DNA of 64,000 nucleotides from Bacillota bacterium (GTDB lineage Bacteria; Bacillota; Sulfobacillia; Sulfobacillales; JAIMBI01), in contig JAJZWS010000005.1 in the NCBI GenBank assembly GCA_021846565.1, forward strand, positions 10,321-74,320. The letters are read 5' to 3'. Below are positions 28,510 through 38,289 of this stretch, in pieces. The notes below the pieces were generated by a model, which was not told the DNA's origin, did not search any database, and was given only the letters and a program-made list of their open reading frames with translations. Each line of letters starts with the position of its first letter. Position 1 is the stretch's first letter. The position numbers and the translations under genes are program-made.

Positions 28510-30807
28510 GTGTCACAGCGATCCATGAGCCCGGCCCAGTCATCCAACCGCATTGCTGACTCCAGGCGGTGGTGGGCGCTGGCCGCGGTGTTAATTACGA
28601 TGTTTTTCTCGTCCATGGACCAGACGGCCGTGTCGACCGCCATGCCGTCCATCATCGGGCAGTTGCAGGGCCTGTCGCTGTACTCGTGGGTGTTCACGGC
28701 TTACATGATGGCGTCGGCCGTCACCGTGCCCATCTACGGCAAGCTGTCCGACTCCTACGGCCGAAAGCCCTTTTACGTGTTTGGGCTCGTGGTGTTCATG
28801 GTGGGGTCGGCCATCTCGGGTCAAGCCTACAGCATGATGGACCTCATTATGGCCCGCGCGCTGCAGGGCATCGGGGCTGGTGCCATGCTTACTATGCCGC
28901 GCGCCACCATCGGCGACATTTTCAACCCGCGGGAGCGCGGCCGCTGGATGGGCGTCATCGGGGCCGTGTTTGGGCTGGCGTCCATCGTCGGACCGACACT
29001 CGGGGGCTGGATCACCGACAGTTTTGGATGGCGTTGGGTGTTTTACGTCAACCTGCCCATCGCGGCAGTGGCGCTGGTGCTGGTGCTGGTAAGTCTGCCC
29101 ACGGTGCGCGCAGCGCGGGCCGCGAGGGCCGACTGGCCGGGCATCGCGCTCCTGATTGTCGGGCTGCTGCCGATCCTCCTCGGGTTGACGTGGGCAGGAT
29201 CTGAATACGCGTGGGGATCCTGGGTGGTGCTGTCGCTCTTTGGCCTGGGGGCGGTGGCGCTTGGGGCGTTTGTGCTGGTGGAGCTCCGGAGTCAGGATGC
29301 CGTGCTGGCGCCGGCGCTGTTCAAAAGCCGGACGTTTACCAGCTCGGTCGTGGTGCAGCTCCTGGTGTCGATGGCGATGTTCGGCGCCCTCATGTACCTC
29401 CCCCTGTATGCGCAGGGGGTCATTGGGCTGTCGGCGGCGGCCAGCGGCGCCATTATGACGCCCATGATGCTGGCCTTCATCGGGGCCAGCGTGGTGGCGG
29501 GACAAATCATGACCAAGACCGGCCGCTACCGGTTGATGGCGCATGTCAGTGCCCTGGTGATGGCCGTAGGCATGTTTCTCTTGATGAGCATGACCGCGTC
29601 AACCAGCTACACGACCGCCATGCTGAACGTCGTGGTGATGGGGCTGGGCGTGGGTGGGGTGATGCCCATCCTGAATGTGGCCGTCCAAAACGCCTTTCCC
29701 TATGAGGTGATGGGCACGGTCAACGCGACGCAGCAGTTTGCGAGCTCGCTCGGCGGCGTGATTGCCGCACCGATTCTGGGCACCCTCATGACGCGCACAT
29801 TTGCCGCCCGGCTGCCTGGGCTCATGCCGGTCCGCCTGACGGCGTTGCTGGCGCACCTGCCGGCGTCGGTGCGCAATGCCGTCACCAATCCGGCCAGCCT
29901 GACCAACGCCGCCGCGCAAACGGCGCTGGGCCGAGAGTTTCGGACCCTGGGCCCGCTGGGCGGGCAGATGTATGGCAGCTTCCTGCACGCCGTGCGCGTG
30001 GCGCTGGCCGACGGCATGCACCAGCTGTTTTTAGCGGGGTTCGTGTTTGCGGTGGCGGCGCTCTTGGGCACGTTGGCTCTCCGAGAGGTTCCGCTCCGCA
30101 CCAATGAGTACTTCACCGAGCCGACGGTGGCGGCGGACGAGGGACCAGACGTCGGCCGGCGGGTGGTGGTCACCCTGTCGGCCGCGTACGGCGCCGGTGG
30201 CAGTGCCGTGGGGCGGCAACTGGCCCAGGCACTGGAGTTGCCGTTTCTGGATCGCCTCATCTCCGAGGGGGCGCTGTTTGCCGACGAGGCGAGCCGCTGG
30301 CCGATGGCGGACAATCCGGCAGGCGCGCGGTGGGCGCGCCTCGCGCACCTGCTCACACTGGCCGGGGTCAATGTCCCGCTCGCGCCCGACGGCACATGGG
30401 AAGAGCAAAAGTTCCGGGCCGATACGGAAGCGGTCATGCGGGAGGCCGCCAGCGCGCGGGGGGCCGTGGTGGTGGGACGCGCGGCGGCCCTGGTGTTTGC
30501 CCGGGACCCATCCGGCTTTCACGTGCGGCTGACGGGACCCGGGGAGGCGCGCTACGCCCGCGTGGCCAAGCGGCGGGCCGTGACCGCCGAGCAGTTTCGC
30601 GCAGTGGACCGCGCGCGCGAAGAGTATGTGCGTCACTTCTACCACGTGGATCCCACCGATCCGACGGGCTACGACCTCGTTGTCGACACCGGGAAGCTGT
30701 CGGAGGGCGAGGTGGTGGACCGCATTCGGGGCGCGCTGTCCGCCCACGCTCGCGACCCGCGCCGCACGGCACGCCCGGTGCCGCGACCCCTCACGGACCC
30801 CTGGTAG
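28510..30807 (+). CDS. DHA2 (EmrB/QacA) MFS efflux transporter fused to a C-terminal cytidylate-kinase-like domain
   Basis: MDQTAVSTAMPSI, YGKLSDSYGRK, WRWVFYVNLP; C-terminal VTLSAAYGAGGSAVGRQLAQALELPFLDR...VVVGRAA...YDLVVDT. Confidence 0.85.
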   Translation: MSQRSMSPAQSSNRIADSRRWWALAAVLITMFFSSMDQTAVSTAMPSIIGQLQGLSLYSWVFTAYMMASAVTVPIYGKLSDSYGRKPFYVFGLVVFMVGSAISGQAYSMMDLIMARALQGIGAGAMLTMPRATIGDIFNPRERGRWMGVIGAVFGLASIVGPTLGGWITDSFGWRWVFYVNLPIAAVALVLVLVSLPTVRAARAARADWPGIALLIVGLLPILLGLTWAGSEYAWGSWVVLSLFGLGAVALGAFVLVELRSQDAVLAPALFKSRTFTSSVVVQLLVSMAMFGALMYLPLYAQGVIGLSAAASGAIMTPMMLAFIGASVVAGQIMTKTGRYRLMAHVSALVMAVGMFLLMSMTASTSYTTAMLNVVVMGLGVGGVMPILNVAVQNAFPYEVMGTVNATQQFASSLGGVIAAPILGTLMTRTFAARLPGLMPVRLTALLAHLPASVRNAVTNPASLTNAAAQTALGREFRTLGPLGGQMYGSFLHAVRVALADGMHQLFLAGFVFAVAALLGTLALREVPLRTNEYFTEPTVAADEGPDVGRRVVVTLSAAYGAGGSAVGRQLAQALELPFLDRLISEGALFADEASRWPMADNPAGARWARLAHLLTLAGVNVPLAPDGTWEEQKFRADTEAVMREAASARGAVVVGRAAALVFARDPSGFHVRLTGPGEARYARVAKRRAVTAEQFRAVDRAREEYVRHFYHVDPTDPTGYDLVVDTGKLSEGEVVDRIRGALSAHARDPRRTARPVPRPLTDPW

Positions 30808-30931
30808 CGGGCCGCCCACAGGATCCGCCAGCCGGTGGGTCTGTTTGCTTGCGGGCGACGCCAACCAATGGCGCCTCGGCACGTTCAAGAGGGGAAGGCC
30901 AAAGGACGCTCTTGGGGAGGAAGACGACACG

Positions 30932-31432
30932 GTGGGGACGATGCCGCCCGGCGATGAGGAGCTGGTCCGCTGGGTAAACGTGTGGGGCGATAGGCTGGTG
31001 GGGTTTGTCATGACCTACGTCCACGACGCCGAGGTGGCGCAGGACGTGGCGCAGGAGACGTTCTTGCGCCTCGTGGCCGCCAGGCGAGGGGCGCCGGCGC
31101 GCTCCCTGCACCCGGGCTGGCTGTTTACGGTGGCACGGCGGCTCGCCCTGGACCACCTCCGCCGCCGGCGGCGGGCCCCCCCGGACACCGCAGCCGACAC
31201 GGCGGACCCGCGGGCCGCAGGCGCCTTTCTTACGGTAGAGGTCGAAAGCGTGCTGCGGCAGCTGTCGCGGGCGGACCGGGAGTGCCTGTGGCTGTTTTAC
31301 TACGGTGGGCTCACGCTCAGCGAAATCGCCGCCGAGCTGGAGGTGTCGCCGGACCGCGTCAAGGCGCGGCTGTTTCGGGCGCGCCGGCGCTTTGGCCAGC
31401 GGTGGCGGGATGACGAGGCGGCCCGAGGCTAG
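30932..31432 (+). CDS. ECF RNA polymerase sigma factor
   Basis: AQDVAQETFLR (region 2), WLFTVARRLALDHLR, region 4 LSEIAAELEVSPDRVKARLFRARR. Confidence 0.88.
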   Translation: MGTMPPGDEELVRWVNVWGDRLVGFVMTYVHDAEVAQDVAQETFLRLVAARRGAPARSLHPGWLFTVARRLALDHLRRRRRAPPDTAADTADPRAAGAFLTVEVESVLRQLSRADRECLWLFYYGGLTLSEIAAELEVSPDRVKARLFRARRRFGQRWRDDEAARG

Positions 31433-31469
31433 ATGACCTGACGGGCAAGATAGGGAAGGAGCGAGCGAC

Positions 31470-32462
31470 ATGGCGAAGCTAGGCCACCATGACCGAGAAC
31501 CCGAATGGACGGACGAACGCGAGCGCGCGTGGTTTTTCGCTCATGGGCTGCCCCCGGCGCCCGCCCCCGCGCCGTTTGACCGGAAGCGCTTTTTTTCGGC
31601 GGCGGCGCGACCGCAGGTCGGGCGACGTCCCGGTCAACGCGCAAACCTGGCGTGGAGCGTGGTCGCGGTCGCCGCCGCTGCCGTAGGGCTGCTCGTGGGC
31701 CCCCGCCTATTTGCGGGAGCAGGCACCACCACGCGGCCGGGTCCCGCGGAGGGGGTCGGGGGGAAGTATTTGGTGCCCCATTGGGGGGCCGCGACCCTTC
31801 TGAGCCTGACCAGCCAGGCGGCCCAGCAGGCCGGGAGCCTGGCGGCGCTGCACTACAGCTACGTGGCCACGACCGAGCGCCAGGCCCTCACCTGGGAGCC
31901 CAAGCTCGCCGTCAACCAAGACGGCGGCAGTCATCCGGTGTACGTGGCCGCCATCCCGGGCCACTTTCGGTACCGGACACTGCCCCCCAACGCGGCCGGG
32001 CGCCAGGGGCGCTGGCTGGTCGTGGTCGTGGGCCGCGTCAACGGGTCGGTGATTGCCACGGTCCTGCTGTCGCACCTGCCCGCGCCGCTGGCGCGCCTGG
32101 GGACGGTCACCCACGTGTATCTGCCTGCCGTTCGGTATCCACCGCTGACCGACGGCCCGGTCGTGTGTCCGGTGGCCTCCCATCTCAGCCCGCTGCCGCC
32201 GGGCGCCGGCGCGGCGGCACTCGCAACCTTGAACCAGTATCGGACGTCGATAAGCGATACCCCGCCGCTGGCCTCCCACAGCCTAGCCTACGATGGCCCG
32301 GCCGCGCAAAACCCCTACGGCGGGATTGTGGCGCGCACGTGCGGCGCGCCCGTGTTGGCCGATTCGTGGGCGATTACGTGGGGGAACGACCCTTCGCTGG
32401 CCACGACGGCATTTTTGGCCGATCAGCAGGGCCACTGGCGGGCGTGGGCGTTCTATCCGTAA
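31470..32462 (+). CDS. putative anti-sigma factor (single TM, extracytoplasmic domain)
   Basis: Directly follows the ECF sigma; one TM (WSVVAVAAAAVGLLVG) after a short cytoplasmic part; strong SD. Confidence 0.55.
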   Translation: MAKLGHHDREPEWTDERERAWFFAHGLPPAPAPAPFDRKRFFSAAARPQVGRRPGQRANLAWSVVAVAAAAVGLLVGPRLFAGAGTTTRPGPAEGVGGKYLVPHWGAATLLSLTSQAAQQAGSLAALHYSYVATTERQALTWEPKLAVNQDGGSHPVYVAAIPGHFRYRTLPPNAAGRQGRWLVVVVGRVNGSVIATVLLSHLPAPLARLGTVTHVYLPAVRYPPLTDGPVVCPVASHLSPLPPGAGAAALATLNQYRTSISDTPPLASHSLAYDGPAAQNPYGGIVARTCGAPVLADSWAITWGNDPSLATTAFLADQQGHWRAWAFYP

Positions 32463-32554
32463 GGGCCTGCGCATGACGGTTTCCCCCCCGGCGCACCTCT
32501 GGCACAATCAAGACAGATTGAGCCCCACCGGTGCCACCGGGGAGGAGGAGCCGG

Positions 32555-33454
32555 ATGCCGCGCGCAAGCTTGGGGCTCTTGGTGGCGGTGACCGCCATTT
32601 GGGGCCTCACGTTTGTCATGGTGCAGGATGCGGTGCGGATCATCCCGGTCCTGAGCTTTTTGGCGTGGCGCTTTCTGATGGCCGGGCTGGTCATGAGCCT
32701 GTTGACGGCCCGGGCGTGGCGCCAGGTGACCTGGGGCGCCCTTGGCCATGGGCTTGTGCTGGGGATCCTCATCGCGGCCGGCTACTGGCTCCAGACGTTT
32801 GGACTCCAGGCCACCACCGTCGACCTGGCGGGATTCCTCACGGGACTCGCGGTGGTCCTCACCCCAGTGCTGGCGTTTGTCCTGTGGCGGCGGCCCACCC
32901 CTCCCCTGGTGTGGGCGTGCGCGGCGGCGGCGCTCGGCGGACTCTGGCTGTTGGCCGGGTCCGGAGGGACGCTGTCTGTGGGCGACTGGCTTGTCGTTGG
33001 GGGAGCCGGGGCGTTTGCGTTGCAACTGTTGGCCACGGACGTCGCCGTCCGGCGCCACCCGCTCTCGGTGCTGGTGGCCGTGGAGCTGCTGGCGACCGGG
33101 CTCCTCTCACTCGCGGGCGCCGCGGTGACGGGCGGGGTCGCGTGGCCGGCGGGCACCGTGGTGTGGGGGGCGCTCATCGTCACGGCGCTGTTGGCGAGCG
33201 TGGCGGCGTTTTGGGCGCAGGGCTATGCGCAGCAGCGGGCGACGCCGCAGGCGACGGCCACGGTGCTGGCGGCCGAGCCGCTCTTTGCCGCTCTGTTTTC
33301 GTATGTCCTGCAGGGCGCCGCCCTGGTGGGGTGGCAGTGGGTCGGAGCGGGCCTCATCACCGGCAGCATCGTGGTCTTGGGACGCGTGGCCCCCGCCGAT
33401 GAAGGGCCGCCCGGCCTCGGGACCGTTGTGGCGATGGGGCCGCCGCGCGAATGA
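32555..33454 (+). CDS. EamA/DMT family transporter
   Basis: TAIWGLTF, WLQTFGLQATT, AAEPLFAALF; about 10 TM. Confidence 0.88.
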   Translation: MPRASLGLLVAVTAIWGLTFVMVQDAVRIIPVLSFLAWRFLMAGLVMSLLTARAWRQVTWGALGHGLVLGILIAAGYWLQTFGLQATTVDLAGFLTGLAVVLTPVLAFVLWRRPTPPLVWACAAAALGGLWLLAGSGGTLSVGDWLVVGGAGAFALQLLATDVAVRRHPLSVLVAVELLATGLLSLAGAAVTGGVAWPAGTVVWGALIVTALLASVAAFWAQGYAQQRATPQATATVLAAEPLFAALFSYVLQGAALVGWQWVGAGLITGSIVVLGRVAPADEGPPGLGTVVAMGPPRE

Positions 33455-33566
33455 CGCGTGTCTCGGGCAGCCCGCCGGCGGGCGCTAAAGGGCTCTCCTC
33501 AGGTATGACCACTTCCGGGTTCAGTGCTATGCTGGGAGGGAAGTGAGGGAGAGCAGGAGGGTCAAG

Positions 33567-33959
33567 GTGCAATATCGGATGATGGCGGCCAAGATTCATC
33601 GTGCGACTGTGACCGAGGCCGACTTGAACTATGTAGGGTCCATCACGTTGGACCGCGAGTTGCTGGATGCGTCGGGGCTGTTGCCCTATGAGATGGTCCA
33701 AATCACGAACCTGTCCAATGGCATCCTGTGGCAGACTTATATTTTACCAGGGCCGGCGCACCGTGGCGACGTCTGCTTGAACGGCCCGCCCGCCCGCCAC
33801 TTTCATCCCGGCGATCTTATTGTGGTCCTGGGATTTCGTTGGGTGGACGACCGTGAGATGGAGACGTACCAGCCGCGGACCGTGTTTGTGGATCAGCACA
33901 ACCACGTGACCAGTGTCGCCACCGCCGAGGAGCCGTTTACCCTGGCGCCCAACGCGTAG
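33567..33959 (+). CDS. panD: aspartate 1-decarboxylase-like pyruvoyl enzyme
   Basis: KIHRATVTEADLNYVG/SIT self-cleavage site, TY, CLNGPPAR. Confidence 0.85.
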   Translation: MQYRMMAAKIHRATVTEADLNYVGSITLDRELLDASGLLPYEMVQITNLSNGILWQTYILPGPAHRGDVCLNGPPARHFHPGDLIVVLGFRWVDDREMETYQPRTVFVDQHNHVTSVATAEEPFTLAPNA

Positions 33960-34010
33960 ACTCGCGCTGCCGGTGCCGCCACCCGTAGGACCATGCAAGG
34001 GAGGCGAGAC

Positions 34011-34277
34011 GTGAAGCTTGATCCGGTCGAGACGGAACCCGGTGGCGCCGTGGCCGCTGTGACTGTGGACGCCCGTGGCCTCAGCTGTCCGTTGCCGGTG
34101 ATCCGCGCTAAGCGGGGCCTGTCGACGGTCGATAAGGGCGCCGTGGTCCATGTCCTGGCCACCGACCCCGGCTCGGTCGCCGACTTCACCGCGTGGACCA
34201 AAAGCACGGGGCACGCGCTGGTGGCCGTGCGCCAGAATGCGGAGCTGTTTGAGTTTTGGATCCGCCGCACCCGCTGA
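34011..34277 (+). CDS. TusA family sulfur carrier
   Basis: VDARGLSCPLPVI, ATDPGSVADF. Confidence 0.9.
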   Translation: MKLDPVETEPGGAVAAVTVDARGLSCPLPVIRAKRGLSTVDKGAVVHVLATDPGSVADFTAWTKSTGHALVAVRQNAELFEFWIRRTR

Positions 34278-34858
34278 TGACCCCCGCGGCGGGTCCCGCG
34301 ACAGCCTTGCGCCGTTGGGATCCCCTGGCCATCCTGGTGTTGGCGGCGGCCGCGGCAGGCTATGTGGTGGCCCCGTATCTGTCTTTCCCTCCGGCGGCGT
34401 CGGGCCCGGTGCCCGTGGGACTCCGGGCGGGGGATCGGCCGCCCAACTTTACCCTCACGACGGTGACGGGCCACCGGCTGACGCGGTGGGCCCGCACCGG
34501 ACATGCGGTGTGGGTGAATTTCTGGGCCACATGGTGCGTGTGGTGCAAGGCCGAGATGCCGGCCGGGGAGTCTGTCTATCGCCAGGAGCACGGGCGCCTC
34601 GACGTCGGGAGCGTGGACGTCCAGGAGAGCCCGCCCGCCGTGGCGGCTTTTTTGGCAGCGCACCGCATCACCTATCCTGTGGTGCGGGATACGACCGGAC
34701 TCGTGTCCACGCGCTACGACGTCACCGGGTTGCCGAAGTCGATCTTCATTGCGCCGGGCGGGCACATTACCGCCGTGGTGACCGGCTCGCTCCTCTCGGC
34801 CCGGGGTATGGAGCCGGACGTGCGCCCGGCGATCAGCGGTGGGACGCGCGGCCGGTGA
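34277..34858 (+). CDS. TlpA/ResA-like membrane-anchored thioredoxin
   Basis: N-terminal TM, VNFWATWCVWCKAEMP, YDVTGLPKSIFI. Confidence 0.88.
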   Translation: MTPAAGPATALRRWDPLAILVLAAAAAGYVVAPYLSFPPAASGPVPVGLRAGDRPPNFTLTTVTGHRLTRWARTGHAVWVNFWATWCVWCKAEMPAGESVYRQEHGRLDVGSVDVQESPPAVAAFLAAHRITYPVVRDTTGLVSTRYDVTGLPKSIFIAPGGHITAVVTGSLLSARGMEPDVRPAISGGTRGR

Positions 34859-37172
34859 CGCGCAGCAACTCCGGCTGGGGCAGCGTGTTTGCGAGTGCCA
34901 AGCCGGCGGTGCGGGCGAGGTCTTCGGTCAGGCGCCGCAAGTCCTGATCCAAGTCGTCCGTCAATCCGTACACGGCGAGCACCATGAGCGTGCGGCCCCG
35001 GGCCCGCAGGGGCACCGCGAGAAGCCAGCGAAAGCCAAACAGGTTCCAGGATGGCTCGCGGGGACTGTCGTGCAAGTCAAAGCTGTCCGGCCAGCCCGGC
35101 CGAATCCAGGCGGTCTCGCCGGTGCGATACGCGTTGGACACCGGCAGACCCCCGTCCGGGTCGTCCGGGTCGATGGAAACGCGCCAGTCGTGAAAGTACC
35201 CGGATGCTTCACCCTGGGTGCCCACAACCCGAAAAACCTTGTCAGGGCCCGGTTCCAGCACGGCCGTGAGGCCCGACGACAGCAAGCGGTGGACGGATTC
35301 CAAGAGCACCTGCAGCACCCGCTCCCGCGAGGTGGCATCCACCAAGTCATGCTGGCCAGCCAGCACCACGGCCTGACGCCGTTCCGCCAGTTTTGCGCGC
35401 GAATCGGCCTCCGTACGCTGAATCAGGGCGGCCGCTAATGCCGCCAGCCCCTCCAGTCGCGAACGGCGGCTCGGGTCCGACAGCGCCCCCTCCGCCCCGT
35501 GATACACCTTCAAGAGCCCCAACAATGTCCCCTGCGCCACCAGCGGGACCGCAGCCGCCGACAAAATGCCGTCAGTCAGCAGCTCCTCCCGCCACGGCCG
35601 CATGCGGGCGTCCGTGCGCACATCGTCGGAGATGGACAGGTCCAATAGGCGGATGGCCTCGCCGTTGCACGACCGGCCGTCGTCGGTGGCCGGATCCCTG
35701 AACGACGCAAGGTCCAGCTGGAATGGCTCTTTGTCGGCATCGACACAGAACAGCCGCTCGCGGGCGGCATCCGTATACCCAATGAAGCCGGTGTGACCGC
35801 CCGTGAGGCTCAAGGCCGCCATGAGCACATGCTGGAGGGAGGCCACCAGGCTGTCTCCCTCCAGCTCCGGAGGGGGAGCCGCCGGCGGTACCAGGGCCCG
35901 GGCGGCCAACAGCAACCCCTCGCCCGACAGCTCGGTGGCCGTGGGCGGTAGTGCATCGGCATCGGTGAGCACCCCCACCAGGGCCGCCAGGCCCGTGAGG
36001 GTCTCCACCACGACGGGTCGAATGCGATTCGGCTCACGATAGGCCGCGACCAGCGCACCCCACGGTCGGTCCAGAGAAAATATAGGGAGCGCCAACAGAG
36101 AGCGTGACTTCCACGGGCCCTGGTCCGAAAGTTCCTGTAAGGCGAGGGGACGTAAACGGCGGAACAATTCCTCGCCCAACTTCCGGTCTGCTTGGGAAAA
36201 AGTTTTTGGCCCCGTGATGCCCTGCGTCGCCAACCAGCGCCACTCCACACCGGTGTCCTCCACGGTCCGCTGCAGGAGAGCGACGGTGTCGGCCCCGCTG
36301 GCCTGAGCCGCCACCGTGACCAGCGCCTCGGCGGCGCCCTCACCCCGGTGCATCCCGCGCGACGCGAAGCGCAACAGACGAACCAGCGAGGACACGAGCA
36401 CCTCTGGGGGCTGGGTCTTCTGGATTGCGAGGGGCGGCAGGGCGATGGCCGGGTCGGGGTTGGGATCCCAGTCCGGTCGTCCCAACAAGTAGCCCTGGGC
36501 CAGCTCAATGCCCAGTTCGCGCAGCGTGTTGAGCTCGGCCGGCGTCTCCACCCCCTCGGCGATCAGTTGAATGCCGTTCATGTGGGCGAATCGAGCCGTG
36601 GCTTCCACCAAACTGAACTTCACCGGGTCCACATCAATGTGGCGCACCAGCGCCAGGTCAATCTTGGCAAAATCCGGGCGCACTTCGACGAGGCGCGTCA
36701 GGCTGGAGTACCCCGCCCCCACATCGTCCACCGCAATGCGGTAGCCGTGGCGGCGAAGCCGTGAGAGCCAGCGGCTCAAATGCGGGCCGGCGGCGGTTTC
36801 CTCCAGCAGTTCCAGCACCAGGCGTCGGGGCGGCACGTGGGTTTGGTTTAGCAGCCAATCCGTCACGAGCGGCAGGGAGATCGGGAGCACATTCAGAAAG
36901 AACGGGGTGTCCCCCGGGGGCCGTGCCGCCAACTCCGACAGGATGCGGTCCAGAACAAACTGGTCCAGCGCGTCCGCTTCGCCGCTGGCCCGCGCCCACC
37001 GGAACAGCTCGTCGGGTCGAATGGGCTCCCCCGCGGCGGTCATGGGACGGGCCAGCGCTTCGTGGCCGAACGCCTGGCCCCGCAACAGCGATACAATGGG
37101 CTGGAAGGCGATGCGGAGGAGCCCCGGTTGAAAACGTGTCCAGACGGACAAAGCGTGGGGCGGTTCGCGCAA
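34833..37172 (-). CDS. EAL-domain c-di-GMP phosphodiesterase with C-terminal GAF-like domains
   Basis: FQPIV, HEALAR, VDDVGAGYSSL, KID, AEGVE, QGY; three GAF-like ends (LLALPI, AAAVPL, LLAVPL). Confidence 0.85.
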   Translation of the reverse strand: MREPPHALSVWTRFQPGLLRIAFQPIVSLLRGQAFGHEALARPMTAAGEPIRPDELFRWARASGEADALDQFVLDRILSELAARPPGDTPFFLNVLPISLPLVTDWLLNQTHVPPRRLVLELLEETAAGPHLSRWLSRLRRHGYRIAVDDVGAGYSSLTRLVEVRPDFAKIDLALVRHIDVDPVKFSLVEATARFAHMNGIQLIAEGVETPAELNTLRELGIELAQGYLLGRPDWDPNPDPAIALPPLAIQKTQPPEVLVSSLVRLLRFASRGMHRGEGAAEALVTVAAQASGADTVALLQRTVEDTGVEWRWLATQGITGPKTFSQADRKLGEELFRRLRPLALQELSDQGPWKSRSLLALPIFSLDRPWGALVAAYREPNRIRPVVVETLTGLAALVGVLTDADALPPTATELSGEGLLLAARALVPPAAPPPELEGDSLVASLQHVLMAALSLTGGHTGFIGYTDAARERLFCVDADKEPFQLDLASFRDPATDDGRSCNGEAIRLLDLSISDDVRTDARMRPWREELLTDGILSAAAVPLVAQGTLLGLLKVYHGAEGALSDPSRRSRLEGLAALAAALIQRTEADSRAKLAERRQAVVLAGQHDLVDATSRERVLQVLLESVHRLLSSGLTAVLEPGPDKVFRVVGTQGEASGYFHDWRVSIDPDDPDGGLPVSNAYRTGETAWIRPGWPDSFDLHDSPREPSWNLFGFRWLLAVPLRARGRTLMVLAVYGLTDDLDQDLRRLTEDLARTAGLALANTLPQPELLRVTGRASHR

Positions 37173-37332
37173 CGGAGAATCCGTCGTGACCGCCTCCCTC
37201 CTTAGCCAAACTGGGTCGCGACATCCCGGGAAGTCGCGAGAATATTGTCAGCATAAGCGGGTTCGGCGGGATAGCCAAGCCCGCGTGTCGAATTCAGGGG
37301 ACCGAGGTTCCCAGGACGCGGAGGGATCCATC

Positions 37333-38289
37333 GTGCTGGTGGAGTGCGTGGCCAATTTCAGCGAGGGGCGTCGGCCCGACGTGGTAGCCGCCATTGTCGA
37401 GGCGGCACGCGGCCCGGCCGTTCAGGTGTTGGACGCGTCCGCCGACCAAGATCACCACCGCTTTGTGTTGACCCTGGCCGGGGAGGGCGAGGCGGTGGCC
37501 GCGAGCGCCTTTCGCGCCGTGGCGGCGGCGGTCGCTCGCATCAACCTGACCCAGCACCGGGGGACGCACCCGCGCATCGGGGCGGCGGATGTAGTGCCGT
37601 TTGTCCCACTGGGCAACACGCCCATGTCCTATTGTGTAGGGCTGGCGGAGTCCGTCGGGGAGCGCATCGGGTCCGAGTTGGGGGTGCCGGTGTTTCTCTA
37701 CGGCGCCGCTGCCCGCCGACCCATGCGTCGGGATCTGGCGCGCGTGCGCCGGGGAGAGTTTGAAGGACTGGAGGCGCGCATGCGCGAGCCCTCGGGGGCG
37801 CCGGACTTTGGCCCGAGGGCTCCGCACCCCACGGCCGGAGCGGTCGCGGTCGGCGCCCGCCCTGCCCTGGTGGCCTTCAATGCCTGGCTCAGCACCGGCG
37901 ACTGGGCGGTGGCCGATGCCGTGGCGCGGGCGGTACGCGGGTCGAGCGGCGGCTTGGTGGGCGTGAAGGCGCTGGCCATGGACACCGCGACCCATGGTCA
38001 GATGCAGGTGTCGATGAACCTGGTGGACTTCCGTGCGACATCCCTGCCGGCAGCGTTGGAGCTGGTGCGGCGTGAGGCGGCGCGCTTTGGCGTGACGGTG
38101 ACGGAGACCGAAATCGTGGGCATGGTGCCGCTGGCTGCCCTGTTGGCGGCGGCACAGTACTATCTCCAGGCGCATCACTTCTCGGCGGGCCAGGTGCTGG
38201 AGCTGGGACTTCTCGACTGGGCCCGCTTACAGCCCGCCACGGGAAATCCGGACACGACCGAGACCGCGACCAGAGGACCACGGGGATGA
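37333..38289 (+). CDS. fctD: glutamate formiminotransferase
   Basis: LVECVANFSEGR, DHHRFVLT, HRGTHPRIGAADVVPFVP, QVSMNL. Confidence 0.92.
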   Translation: MLVECVANFSEGRRPDVVAAIVEAARGPAVQVLDASADQDHHRFVLTLAGEGEAVAASAFRAVAAAVARINLTQHRGTHPRIGAADVVPFVPLGNTPMSYCVGLAESVGERIGSELGVPVFLYGAAARRPMRRDLARVRRGEFEGLEARMREPSGAPDFGPRAPHPTAGAVAVGARPALVAFNAWLSTGDWAVADAVARAVRGSSGGLVGVKALAMDTATHGQMQVSMNLVDFRATSLPAALELVRREAARFGVTVTETEIVGMVPLAALLAAAQYYLQAHHFSAGQVLELGLLDWARLQPATGNPDTTETATRGPRG

